Shown here: positions 33,801-41,601 of the stretch, in pieces | How positions within the stretch are numbered: position 1 is the first letter of the stretch | How the letters are laid out: every line of letters begins with the position of its first letter | Assembly (NCBI GenBank): GCA_964200075.2 | Contig: CAXNAA020000007.1 | Span: 1-41,601 of the forward strand | Source: Sphacelaria rigidula | Taxonomy: Eukaryota | Direction: 5' to 3' | DNA length: 41,601 bases | Made by a program: the position numbers and the translations under genes | The notes under the pieces: model-generated | Told to the model about the DNA's origin: nothing | Database searches by the model: none | The model's input: the letters and a program-made list of their open reading frames with translations, nothing else

Positions 33801-36800
33801 ATCGCTGTCATATCAGTGGGATTATCGACAAGTTGCGCCGTAATTGACCCAGTTCTAGTGCTGTGTAAAACTTGACGATGATATATATGCAACACGATCG
33901 TAGTTATGCGCACCACTTTTTTTTTGCCGTGATGCTTTCAATCCCGCCCCTCTCTCGGGACGTGGACCTGTCTGTGCTCCCTAGGGATCAACCCATATTT
34001 TTTTCTCCGCCGGTACATACCCGAAATGTTGGTATCGTGGATCGGATGAGCACTACCGTACCGTCTCGATTTTCGTGAGCTTGTTTAAGCTATTCACGTC
34101 GTCATATTTTCATCTACGGAAATCATATTCTTTCCAGAAAACACCCGTATTTGTCAGGATTAGAACCCTCGAACTTCATTCATGGACCCTCGGAGCGTGG
34201 CCATACACTAATTATTTTTTTGTCGCACTTTGAACCGCTCCCCTTCCTCGGAACGAGTTCGTGGTCTCAAGGGATCTTCCCACCTCTCCCCCGGTACACA
34301 CGCCTTGCATTTTGGTCTCGCGGATAGGGTTAGCACTCCCGCACCGCGTCAACTCACGTCAAACAAACTCAGTCGACTACTTTGTTTACTCATGTTCTCA
34401 TGCTTTCCACGATGGATCTCAGATACTACGAAGAAAACTCCCTACGCCGACTCTCGTTCCCTCCACCCTAATGGCGACAGTCGGACCATTATACCACCGG
34501 GGCGCGGCAATGTAACCAACCAACTAAAAAACTTCGGCGTATCCGAAAGCCCGTGCGGGCGGTGTTTCGCTGCCGAAATACTCTATTCAGTCTAAACCCC
34601 AGTCGATGACTGTTGAAAAGCCTTGTGACTGTGCCTCGTATATATTCTGTGCACTTTGAAGGACTTCACCGGAAGAGATGCAACTCGAGTTGGCTACTAC
34701 GACAGGGGGACTGGAGCCAAAATTACTTCTTTGAGTACTGAACAAGGATCGGACGTGTTTGTACCCGTCTCGGTCGATCGCAAGGCCGCTAACACCTTCA
34801 GCGGTGGCTGCACAGATCTATGTTATCCAAGAACGATGACTTTGACCATCAGCTACTTCCAGTTGGACACCCAAACAAAGCGCATCATTGATGCCAAGTT
34901 GATTTACGAGGACTTCGACAAGGATCCTTCTATCTCCGATTACACCTTAAACATCGTATACTATCCTTTGGACTATTGGGACCTAATCATCAAATTCGCC
35001 TTTGAAAGGGCGGTCTTCATAGCGCTCTTCATGGTGATTGGCTTCACGTCGGTGCTCGTGGCAGCGCTGTACTGGGTGACTGTCCGCCTCACCACACAGG
35101 TACGCAATGGGGGTGCGGTTGGTGTTGCGGAGTATGCTCATACTATCTATTTGTCCTATATCGAGGGTGCACGCGATCGCACGGCAATCTAGCGGGGGAG
35201 GCGGTTACGACACGGACACCGCTCTGCGCCCATCTTGTTTGTCGGTTGTTTGCTTCTCTCCTTGACTTGCAACTTGTGCGATGTTCCCCAGTTGCGTTCC
35301 TGACTATGTTTACTTTGTGCGCGGATTCCTTTTCTTTCTTACTTTTCGGGTGTTCATGCTTTCTTCCTTTCTCCCTCTCCCTTCCTCCCTCTCTTCCTCT
35401 TGTTCTGTGTTTGGTTTGGTTTGGTTCTGTCATATTCTGCTGCTGCTGCTGCTACTACTGGCGCCGTTGTTGTTGTTGTTGTTGTTGTTGTTGTGGCTGT
35501 TGTTGTTGCTGTTGTTGCTGTTGCTGTTGCTGTTGTTGTTGTTGTTGTCGTTGTCGTTGTCATCGTCGTCATCTTTTTTTTTCTTCATTATTCTCACCTC
35601 ACGGTGTTCCCTCCTTCTTCATCTTCCTCCTCCTCGAGTTCCTTTAGCTTGGGGTACGTCTGTCTTTATCACCATAGCTGGATTCGTAGCGGAACAGTAA
35701 GTTCGTGTGTGCCAATGAATCAATTAATCTGTACGAAGAATTGTTTGTAGGGATGTGTGCCGACGTAGACTATTTTCATCGTACCATAGTAGTGCAGTCT
35801 CGAAAGACTTGCTACAAAAAAAGCATGAGCTGGTAAGATGTAGTGTGTTGTCTATGGTACGATTGGTCGGGCACTGGTGAGAACGAGATAGATCTTGACC
35901 CGACACGTAACACTTGTCGACAATGCCCAACGGGTTCGTGTCGACGACGTTGAAGAAGTACGTTTCCAGCAGCCAAGTAGCAAGTAGTCTGAATTGGAGG
36001 GATTGAATTAAATCGAACTTCTTGAACCTGGACACCACACTCTTGGACTATTGGCACGTGTTCAGGAGTTGGCTCTTCAAATGGTTTCTCAAACGTCGCA
36101 TGCCATGCCGTCTTTACACTTCGCGAGAATGTTGCCCATGTCTATATTGTAAACGTCGAACAGCTGGTGAATCCCTCCCGCCTGCACTTCTGGAGTATGT
36201 TCAGCCTCATTGCTCCGCCGGCATTCTCGGGTACACTGCTGGGGTTGGTACCCGTTGTCGTTATGACGTTGGCCATCTGGGTGCTGTTATATGGACCGCC
36301 ATTCGTCGATACCGAGGATTGGATCTTGGATAGTTACAAGCTGCACTATATGGACACGGCGGTGGATCCCGACAACAAAGAGAAAGCGAGGTGAAGAAGT
36401 GAACAAGTCGTCCACCTCGTCGACCCGACCCAAACCTGTGTATGCGCGTGATCATCACAGGGCACAGGGGGCAACCTTTTGTACGTAGAGCGACGAATTG
36501 GGCGTGCCCTATGAGATCTTTCAGCTCAGCGTGTAGGTACCAAGGTTGTTTCTTACACCCACACATTGGACTGAAGAAATGGAGGAGCAGCATTAATGTC
36601 ACGTTCTCCGTTTTTCAACACCTCAGGTGCGGGCGGCTTGGCGTGGGCTTCGTCACAGTGAGTGTGGTGTGCATATGGCAAGGTGCACGTATATTCTTGC
36701 CAGATCGTCAGACAAAACGCTCCAGGGAAATGGAGATAAAACGAGATGCAAGGGCAGAGAAGGAACAGGTGCGTGGCTGGCCTATGACGGCCGCACTGTG

Positions 36801-39800
36801 ACTCAAGGTGACACTCTCGTCTTAGATGAACTGCCAGTATTCCCGACACAATAAACATGGAGTAAGATGCTAGTGGAAAGTGTAGCCTGATCGAAGCCGG
36901 CTGTGACCCACACGGGTGGGCAGACACAGCTCGTTGGGCCACGTCATCGTGTGCCCAAGCGTTCACCACATTACGCACCCATTCATCACAGGTGTGGATC
37001 GCCCTAACCTGGCGACGGAGCAACATGGTGTTCTCCTCGTACGCAATGGGTCTGTTCGGTCTTTTCATTATCGAGTTCTCCCTGTGGAATAACTTTGGCA
37101 ACTACATTTGGTACGTGTCGATCGGCTTCACCGTCTTGGACATGTTCATCGGCGATATTGTCAGCTATCAGCTGAAGGAGGTGCGTACAATTGGAGGAGA
37201 GGTTGAATTTTAGTCGTCTGTTCAATGCCCGCTGTACTCTTGTCACCACCATGCGCTGGAGTGGACTTGTAACTTCCTTTTCCGGACATGTTTTTGGCGT
37301 CGGTCACACCATCGCACCTGCAGGTCCTCCTGGAAGCTCCTGTCGGGACTGGCCTGGGTACAGTTATTGGAATCACTGGGATGGGAGCCAACGACTTCAT
37401 GGACTTCTTGCTGTCGTATTTCGTTGACCTCGGGCTCATCATGCTCTTCCGGGTCAACATTGACCCCGCTCTGGGTGACATCTTGGACGCGATCGGTGGA
37501 CTGTAAGTGCGAAACTGTGGGGGTTTACGTGTACTTCTATTGCGTTGCCTTTTTTGGAAACGAGATGTCGCCCAATGTGTCGATATTGGCTAGAGAGGTG
37601 CTCCGTGAGGGAAAACCTCGTCCCAGCTGGCGACCGATTTTGGGCCCCCTTATCGGAAAGATCCGCGGAGCGCAAAAAGTAGACAGGTATCCGGATATAT
37701 GGCTATCCGACTGTCCGGAGCATCAAAACTATCGACGGATGAGGACTGGAACCAAGGGAACATGCTCTTTGGCGCTACCCAAATGGATGTGCGCGCTTGC
37801 GGCTGGTGTTTCAGAACATGACTTAGCTTTCACGTACAAAAGCTGCCACAATACCCCTGGCCCGCTGACCTATCCTCCTTCCAGTCACGAAAAATGTGCC
37901 TGGGGTCCTTGCGGTGTGTGTGTGTGTGTCTTCACCGGGATGTTGGGCGCTGACTCATACTTTTCGGGGACTGCGTTGGGCATTTATTGTGCTGGTAGGT
38001 CTTGACGCCGGGAACCACCAAGGCACCTACATCTCTCAACGCTCGTGTGAAATGGAATTGTGGACAACAACATTAAATGGAGCGCGATAGCTTCGGCAAA
38101 ATAGTTGGTGTGCCCTCACTTTCAAGGATATCCAAGCAGGCGCCAGGCTGATACCAGCCTAGCACACCTTCGACTTTGGGGTTCGCCCTCCAGGGTATCG
38201 CGCCAAAAGCGAAAACTGAGATTATGTGGTTCACTTGTCTACCGATGATTAGATCACCAACGTTGCTGCCCTCTTCATTGTAGGAGAGCCTACACGACTA
38301 CCCTTACTGCTAGCCTTGCCAAGGCTGGAGGGGCTGGGGTGTATAATTGGGCAGCAGGTTCTCCGGATGGAGGACTGCGCGTCAGGCGGATAACGACTTG
38401 CCGACGGAAAATCCTTATCCGAATAAGAATGGATTTCTCTGCGATCTTATATTTCGGAGCAGATTAGGATCGAGCTCTTTCGGGGCAGATATCCAGATAA
38501 GGGATTGTTTTATGAAAAACAAGAGCGACTCGAGAAACAATATGGCTTGCTTAAACCGATTCTGCTCGTTGTCACTCCTTTTATGTCCAGATTAATTCAC
38601 ACAGCACGCAAGAACTAGAGATGAACGTCACAAACCACGGCGAATATTAACCCTCACCTCGAAGGTGTTCTCACGTTTATGAAGAGATACACGGCGTGCG
38701 ACACAAAGCTCGATAGCCCACAGCGTAGCTCTCAATCAGCCTGGTTATTGCGTGGTTGGCGTTGTGTCAATCGGCCGTGAACTGAAGTAGCGTTGTCTGT
38801 GTTCGGACAATTACGTCATGCTGACGGTTTGGTGAAAGGGCAACTCAAAAAACTTGGGCGCATATTCCTGTTGCTTGCCCAATATCGCACCAACGCCACC
38901 TGAAAGCATTTCCTCATACTGCGGTGAACCATGGTTGCTGTACCTCTAAAGTTGCCAGGCGTCTAGCGTGAGTATCTGTAGATGACTGGACATGTCTTGA
39001 AATGTTGAGCATCCACTCTAACGGTAGCGCATTGTGTTGTGTTGTCGTCCCATCTATTCTGGACGCCGGGCTACACCTTTCGGTATATGTGGGCGCACCA
39101 GCCGGGGTCACACAGGAGGAAGGTCAACACAGGAGTTTTTCTTTGTTTTGTTTTGTTTGAGTACTCCATCTTCCTTGTGCGGTGCTTGCCTTTTACTTTT
39201 ATCGCGTGAGGGGTTCAGCAATCCCTTTCCTTCGTCGACCGTGAAGTCGAATTTTGTGTACCCACGACATAGTCGCTCTCCACTGGTGGGCATGAGAAAA
39301 AATCCCAGATCGCTCCGAGATTCGAACCCGCGACCCAACCGTCAGAAGGTGTCGAGCTTACCAACTGAGCTACGGGGGCGACCGGCATTGCATCCATGTG
39401 ACTATACACGGAGCACGGAGTTTCTTTTCTATTGGCATGTGATTGTTTGCGCAATTAGGTCCCGCCTTAACTAGACAAGAAAAATGAGGAGGAAATGATG
39501 ATAATGGCAATAACATGACGGTTCACAACATCATAATCATGACGAATCAAGCGTCATCCCTATCGATGCGAAAAAACAATCAGAACGATAACATGACGAC
39601 ACGCGAACAGTGGTTACTGCTCATGGGAAAGCCAGCTGCGCACCACATGATGATCCAAACAGCTCAAGCGTGTCAACCATTGACGCCCCCTTGCGCATTC
39701 TCAACGGATTGTTCTTCCGTTCTCACTTTTTTAAATTCCCAAATGATTAATTTTGATGGGAGTGGTTCCAGGGGCGATGAAAATAGCGCATCAGCCTTCA

Positions 39801-40489
39801 ATCAATCAGAAGGACAAAAGAGAAACGATACTGAAACCGCCAGAATCATTCTGCTCCTCACGATGCGTTCTCATGGTCTTCGTCTGATCAAGGCGGGGTC
39901 TAATCAAGAAAATGATGAAGCCATCTAGAAGCAGGAATGACGCGCACGTATCACAACGATGGGGGTTGTCTCGCGGCATTTACTCGCGACCCAAATATTT
40001 TGATGAGACAGCCTACAAGACGGAGCAGAACACATCTCTACAATTGGTTGCCAATCACGTTCATGTCACTGGTCCTCTTTATTCTGCCCTTGTCATACAG
40101 GTATCAATCTGCGAAGGATTCCACTAAAAACCGGATGCCAATCTGGTTGGCGGCACGCCTCGCAGTGACACAAGATGGCCCCAATGCGATTGCAACTCCT
40201 ACCAAGTAAGATCACCTCCGGCATGATATATATTTTAAATGTTTCCGTTTGGCGTATGCTGGTCCCCACGTGTTGTAGGGTTTGGGTTTTGATACCATGT
40301 GTTTCTACTTCGCTTCCCGTTGTCATGTTATTCGTCACCAACAGGGGGAGCGGGCAAGAAGATTTGGTTGGAGAGGGAGCTGAGACCGTGGAGCCCATTC
40401 TTAATTCTTTTGGTGGATACTCTACAGACAATCTGAGCAATTTCTACTTCCCCTACATCATTGTCCTTCTGATGATATTTCGGGAACAG
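3722..40489 (+). CDS. Giant multi-exon multipass membrane protein, partial at both ends: cadherin-like x3, IPT/TIG x about 60, Cys-rich GCC2_GCC3/ephrin-receptor-like repeats, at least 7-8 TM; about 8,170 aa within the window
   Basis: 31 exons join in one continuous frame: 3722-3893, 4445-4770, 4931-5012, 5204-5404, 5566-5748, 6185-6415, 6846-6977, 7399-8762, 9071-24761, 25014-26046, 26595-27895, 28293-28469, 29028-29156, 29792-29944, 30174-30635, 30869-30958, 31219-31368, 31508-31675, 31882-32094, 32217-32402, 32538-32786, 33078-33256, 33358-33472, 33661-33756, 34662-35099, 36164-36390, 36627-36768, 36992-37180, 37324-37502, 40101-40205, 40345-40489. Domains continue across junctions (LNW|YGND, PFR|YSF, TYVQ|VSND, VCPG|FGL). 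No start or stop codon lies within the model. Confidence 0.85.
4445..4770 (+). CDS. Exon 2: cadherin-like repeat 1
   Basis: tttccag| and TG|gtgagc. Encodes VNAENNEPEVVLP...INED...ITYRGHLNW. Confidence 0.85.
4931..5012 (+). CDS. Exon 3: end of cadherin-like repeat 1
   Basis: cttccag|G TAT GGA AAC GAC completes W-YGNDTLTLTAND. Donor CAG|gtaagg. Confidence 0.85.
5204..5404 (+). CDS. Exon 4: cadherin-like repeat 2, first half
   Basis: ccacag| and GCG|gtgagt. Encodes VDIIVVSVPDSPEITLP...VVED. Confidence 0.85.
5566..5748 (+). CDS. Exon 5: cadherin-like repeat 2, second half
   Basis: actag| and AAG|gtgcga. Encodes LTYTPHLNFN. Confidence 0.82.
6185..6415 (+). CDS. Exon 6: cadherin-like repeat 3, first half
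   Basis: cgtag| (alternative in-frame cag at 6190) and GAG|gtaaag. Encodes PVTVDAVNDSPRI. Confidence 0.8.
6846..6977 (+). CDS. Exon 7: cadherin-like repeat 3, second half
   Basis: tgaag| (AAG acceptor, less certain) and CAG|gtacca. Encodes LLYIRSPGYSGADTIQ. Confidence 0.7.
7399..8762 (+). CDS. Exon 8: three IPT/TIG domains, the third with a cupredoxin-like insertion
   Basis: Lies in ORF 7327..8811. gtgcag| acceptor (exact site uncertain) and AG|gtgtgt donor. Confidence 0.85.
9071..24761 (+). CDS. Exon 9: giant 15,691-nt exon, about 55 tandem IPT/TIG domains
   Basis: Lies in the stop-free ORF 8982..24800. Repeats P.(I/V)..(I/V).P..G...GGT.V.I.G..F...L.C.FG...A...S....C..P...V..NG.DF....F.Y. 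Acceptor gtgcag|A TAC, donor CAG|gtacga. Confidence 0.92.
25014..26046 (+). CDS. Exon 10: last IPT/TIG domains of the array and first Cys-rich repeat
   Basis: gcatag|GTG AGC AAC GAC and CCC G|gtaagg. Confidence 0.9.
26302..26355. repeat. Perfect 27-nt tandem duplication (intronic)
   Basis: gtcagtattttgccccacctgcattct occurs twice in tandem. Confidence 0.95.
26595..27895 (+). CDS. Exon 11: Cys-rich CPxGxxC repeats (GCC2_GCC3/ephrin-receptor-like)
   Basis: ccacag|GG and AAT|gtaagc. About 19 C(P)xG(Y/F/H/T)xC-type motifs. Confidence 0.9.
28293..28469 (+). CDS. Exon 12: Cys-rich repeats
   Basis: tctgcag| and CAG|gttcgt. Encodes CPAGYNC, CPAGLFC, CDAGYYC. Confidence 0.88.
28521..28900. repeat. 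Diverged direct duplication of about 180-200 nt (intronic)
   Basis: Units 28521-28717 and 28727-28900 share, in order, ctgaagagaaca, tcatcaat, gaggtcgac, gctcagac, cagaccagagct and agccagtga..agacc. Confidence 0.8.
29028..29156 (+). CDS. Exon 13: last Cys-rich repeat
   Basis: tcgcag| and GCG|gtgagc. Encodes NKCPVGYYCPVGT. Confidence 0.85.
29792..29944 (+). CDS. Exon 14
   Basis: tttgcag| and CAG|gtgcgt. Encodes VDVCDK...TGEVQ. Confidence 0.8.
30174..30635 (+). CDS. Exon 15: isolated IPT/TIG domain with Cys-rich insert
   Basis: ttttccag| and CTG|gtgagg. Encodes CPEYGP...ITIIGRNF...LACRF...VECPAP. Confidence 0.85.
30869..30958 (+). CDS. Exon 16 (not in the ORF track): ITCTDDEIGQGTCGDTPIAERMWNPCYSAE
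   Basis: ctgccag| and GAG|gtgtgc. 90 nt, phase 0/0, Cys-rich like its neighbours. Confidence 0.65.
31219..31368 (+). CDS. Exon 17
   Basis: Pyrimidine tract with gaccag| and CAG|gtgatt. IRIDVTVSGTVFS completes the split IPT domain. Confidence 0.78.
31508..31675 (+). CDS. Exon 18
   Basis: tactag| and ATG|gtgagg. Encodes DYWLND...EYGWFLL...YDLSHLP. Confidence 0.78.
31882..32094 (+). CDS. Exon 19
   Basis: attcag| and AAG|gtgagc. Encodes VYDEHYKLAVYVTPSRC...FALEDVLVK. Confidence 0.82.
32217..32402 (+). CDS. Exon 20
   Basis: cgctag| and AAG|gtcaga. Encodes AEVHIMHGLY...YVSFEE. Confidence 0.8.
32538..32786 (+). CDS. Exon 21
   Basis: taccag| and GAG|gtgtgc. Encodes EYFF...PLNMPPRY...DTFHE. Confidence 0.8.
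33078..33256 (+). CDS. Exon 22
   Basis: tctcag| and AG|gtgagg. Encodes LPYMPYFSNCRGFDSHIP. Confidence 0.83.
33358..33472 (+). CDS. Exon 23
   Basis: ccccag|G and GAG|gtaggc. Encodes YAHPVFP...PIADWC...CQYE. Confidence 0.78.
33661..33756 (+). CDS. Exon 24
   Basis: ttttccag| and CAG|gtatgc. Encodes EELESVDITPRWFE...FYFIRE. Confidence 0.78.
33915..34205 (-). mobile_element. Possible degenerate SINE-like insertion
   Basis: B-box-like GGTTCTAATCC on the - strand (34157-34167) and a T-run at the other end (an A-tail on the - strand). The A box is unclear. Confidence 0.35.
34212..34508 (-). mobile_element. SINE-like element related to the 39033-39385 copy
   Basis: Core cttgc...tcgcg...gggtt(c)agca.tccc...cgtc.ac and end tac(cac)cggggcg..ggc resemble 39185-39240 and 39370-39386. 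A T-run marks the tail. Confidence 0.5.
34662..35099 (+). CDS. Exon 25: end of ectodomain and first TM helix
   Basis: tttgaag| (AAG acceptor) and CAG|gtacgc. Encodes AVFIALFMVIGFTSVLVAALYWVTV. Confidence 0.82.
35437..35571. repeat. Compound trinucleotide microsatellite (CTG)n/(GTT,GCT,GTC)n, intronic
   Basis: Directly visible. It generates spurious poly-C/L/V/T ORFs. Confidence 0.95.
36164..36390 (+). CDS. Exon 26: TM region
   Basis: gaacag| and AG|gtgaag. Encodes LLGLVPVVVMTLAIWVLLYG. Confidence 0.8.
36627..36768 (+). CDS. Exon 27: TM helix and charged loop
   Basis: cctcag|G and CAG|gtgcgt. Encodes GRLGVGFVTVSVVCIWQGARIFLP. Confidence 0.8.
36992..37180 (+). CDS. Exon 28: two TM helices
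   Basis: tcacag| and GAG|gtgcgt. Encodes WRRSNMVF...IIEFSLW...YIWYVSIGF. Confidence 0.82.
37324..37502 (+). CDS. Exon 29: TM region
   Basis: cctgcag| and CT|gtaagt. Encodes GMGANDFMDFLLSYFVDLGLIMLFRVNIDP. Confidence 0.82.
39033..39385 (-). mobile_element. tRNA-derived SINE
   Basis: The - strand head has A box TAGCTCAGTTGG (39372-39361) and B box GGTTCGAATC (39328-39319), then a body and an (ACAAC)n tail. cattg flanks both ends (39030-34 and 39386-90), a possible target-site duplication. Confidence 0.75.
40101..40205 (+). CDS. Exon 30: loop
   Basis: atacag|G and AA|gtaaga. Phase 2/2, compatible with both neighbours. Confidence 0.7.
40345..40489 (+). CDS. Exon 31 (last in window): ETVEPIL... 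plus TM helix, with a GC donor
   Basis: caacag|G and CAG|gcaagt. Encodes FYFPYIIVLLMIFRE. Confidence 0.72.
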
Positions 40490-41601
40490 GCAAGTGTTGC
40501 GTGTGTTGATCGTGTTGATCGTGTTATTCATGGCCCTAGAAAATATCCAGCTGCATCCATGACAATTAACCTTCGGTGGGGTGTCGGTGTGTGTTGAGTC
40601 CTGCTTAGATTTATGGGTCGATTTATGGGTTGCAGGTGGGATCGATCGGTATCACTCACAAGAGCTGTGAGAGTTGTGAGCGTTTTTGGAGATCTTTCTG
40701 ATCTCATTTCAATGGCTCCTGCTTACCGGTGTAATTTCGTTCGGTGAACTTTCGGGAGTATACACTCCTGCAGGGTTTCCACTCGAAGCAAAGTTAAAAG
40801 TTGTGTTCTAGCACTTGCTCGTTGGGATCTACCACCTCTGCAGAATGAACAGACCGGAATGTAACAGAGGTGCATGATATACTTCCGGTATGTGCGACTA
40901 TCATATCCAACGGCTCCGAGTGGAAGCGTTTACGGGTTTATAGTGCCTGCCAACTAGATGTCGACTTGCCGTTGGAATTTTTTATTCTAAACATGCAGAC
41001 ACGGTATTGGTAATTGTTTCTACTACGAGCTGGGCCAGCAGCAAATCCCGCATTTGCATGTCACACAATAACACATCAATTTTACCAAATCACCCCGACT
41101 TGAGTATATCGGTGTGATCTGCAGACCAACGTGGTAACGTACGGGACCGCCGCTGAATGAAGAAAAAAAATGTGAAAAAATGTACTGCACAATGTATCAC
41201 CTAACCAACGGAACTAAAAATAGGAATCCCTCGGGATTTGAACTCCTGCCCTCCATAACTGGAGTCAACGGCATCACTTGGGTTATTGAAGCGCAGCCGT
41301 GCCGCACGAAAGGTTGGATGCTGCGCCAATGTTCTGGACTTTTTGGCCGAAATTGTACCAGGATCTCCTCCACCACACAAGGACGCACAAATACACTAGG
41401 GATGCCCCCGTATTCCTTTTTTTCCACGGAGTTGTGGCCTTTTGTCAGTTTTTGCAAAAACTTCAAATCGACACTTTCTACGATAGCCCCCCCCCCCAGA
41501 ACCAGCTAAAAGTGTCACGAAAAAAATGGCCATACAGCGCCTGGTGTTCGGGTTCAGGCTGCATGAAGCGCCTCATATTGGCGACATTGGCTAGAATGAA
41601 C

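Noticed and set aside
35143-35750. Poly-Cys, poly-Leu, poly-Val and poly-Thr ORFs
   Set aside because: These are translation artefacts of an intronic trinucleotide microsatellite. Exons 25 and 26 join without them.
38030-38600. Possible LINE 5' region or other interspersed repeat in the 2.6-kb intron
   Set aside because: It looks repeat-like, but I can point to no ORF motif, terminal repeat or second copy. A repeat-library search is needed.
39305-39385. Functional tRNA gene
   Set aside because: Stem lengths are irregular and contain mismatches, and the head runs into a body and tail typical of a SINE.
3722-40489. Assigning a gene symbol such as PKHD1, plexin or CRMP
   Set aside because: No G8, PA14, Sema, PSI or Kringle domain is visible. 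The similarity is architectural only and orthology cannot be shown without a search.
41229-41245. B-box-like GAGTTCAAATCCC on the - strand
   Set aside because: There is no convincing A box at the correct spacing, which is not enough to call a SINE or tRNA.
1-41601. CRISPR array, prokaryotic operon or defence system
   Set aside because: There are no regularly spaced identical repeats with unique spacers. The DNA is clearly spliceosomal-intron-containing eukaryotic sequence.

Overview
Eukaryotic genomic DNA, most likely a brown alga (Phaeophyceae). This assignment is inferred from intron density, splice signals and the style of the repeats. Almost the whole window is the interior of one giant + strand gene that enters before about 3.7 kb and leaves after 40.5 kb. 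I traced 31 exons by hand (3722..40489, 24,508 coding nt, about 8,170 aa). All intron phases are compatible, 30 introns are GT-AG and the last donor is GC. The predicted protein reads, in order: a beta-rich N-terminal segment, 3 bacterial-adhesin-type cadherin-like repeats, about 60 IPT/TIG (Ig-like) domains, about 25 Cys-rich CPxGxxC (GCC2_GCC3/ephrin-receptor-like) motifs, a further split IPT domain and a non-repetitive ectodomain, then at least 7-8 transmembrane helices. About 55 of the IPT domains lie in a single 15,691-nt exon, part of which shows a three-domain super-repeat, and one upstream IPT domain carries a degenerate cupredoxin-like insert. Positions 1 to about 3 kb hold a decayed, internally deleted Ty1/copia retrotransposon on the - strand, probably intronic. 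Later introns contain tRNA-related SINE-like elements, tandem duplications and a microsatellite. No database search was possible, so domain names come from motif recognition.
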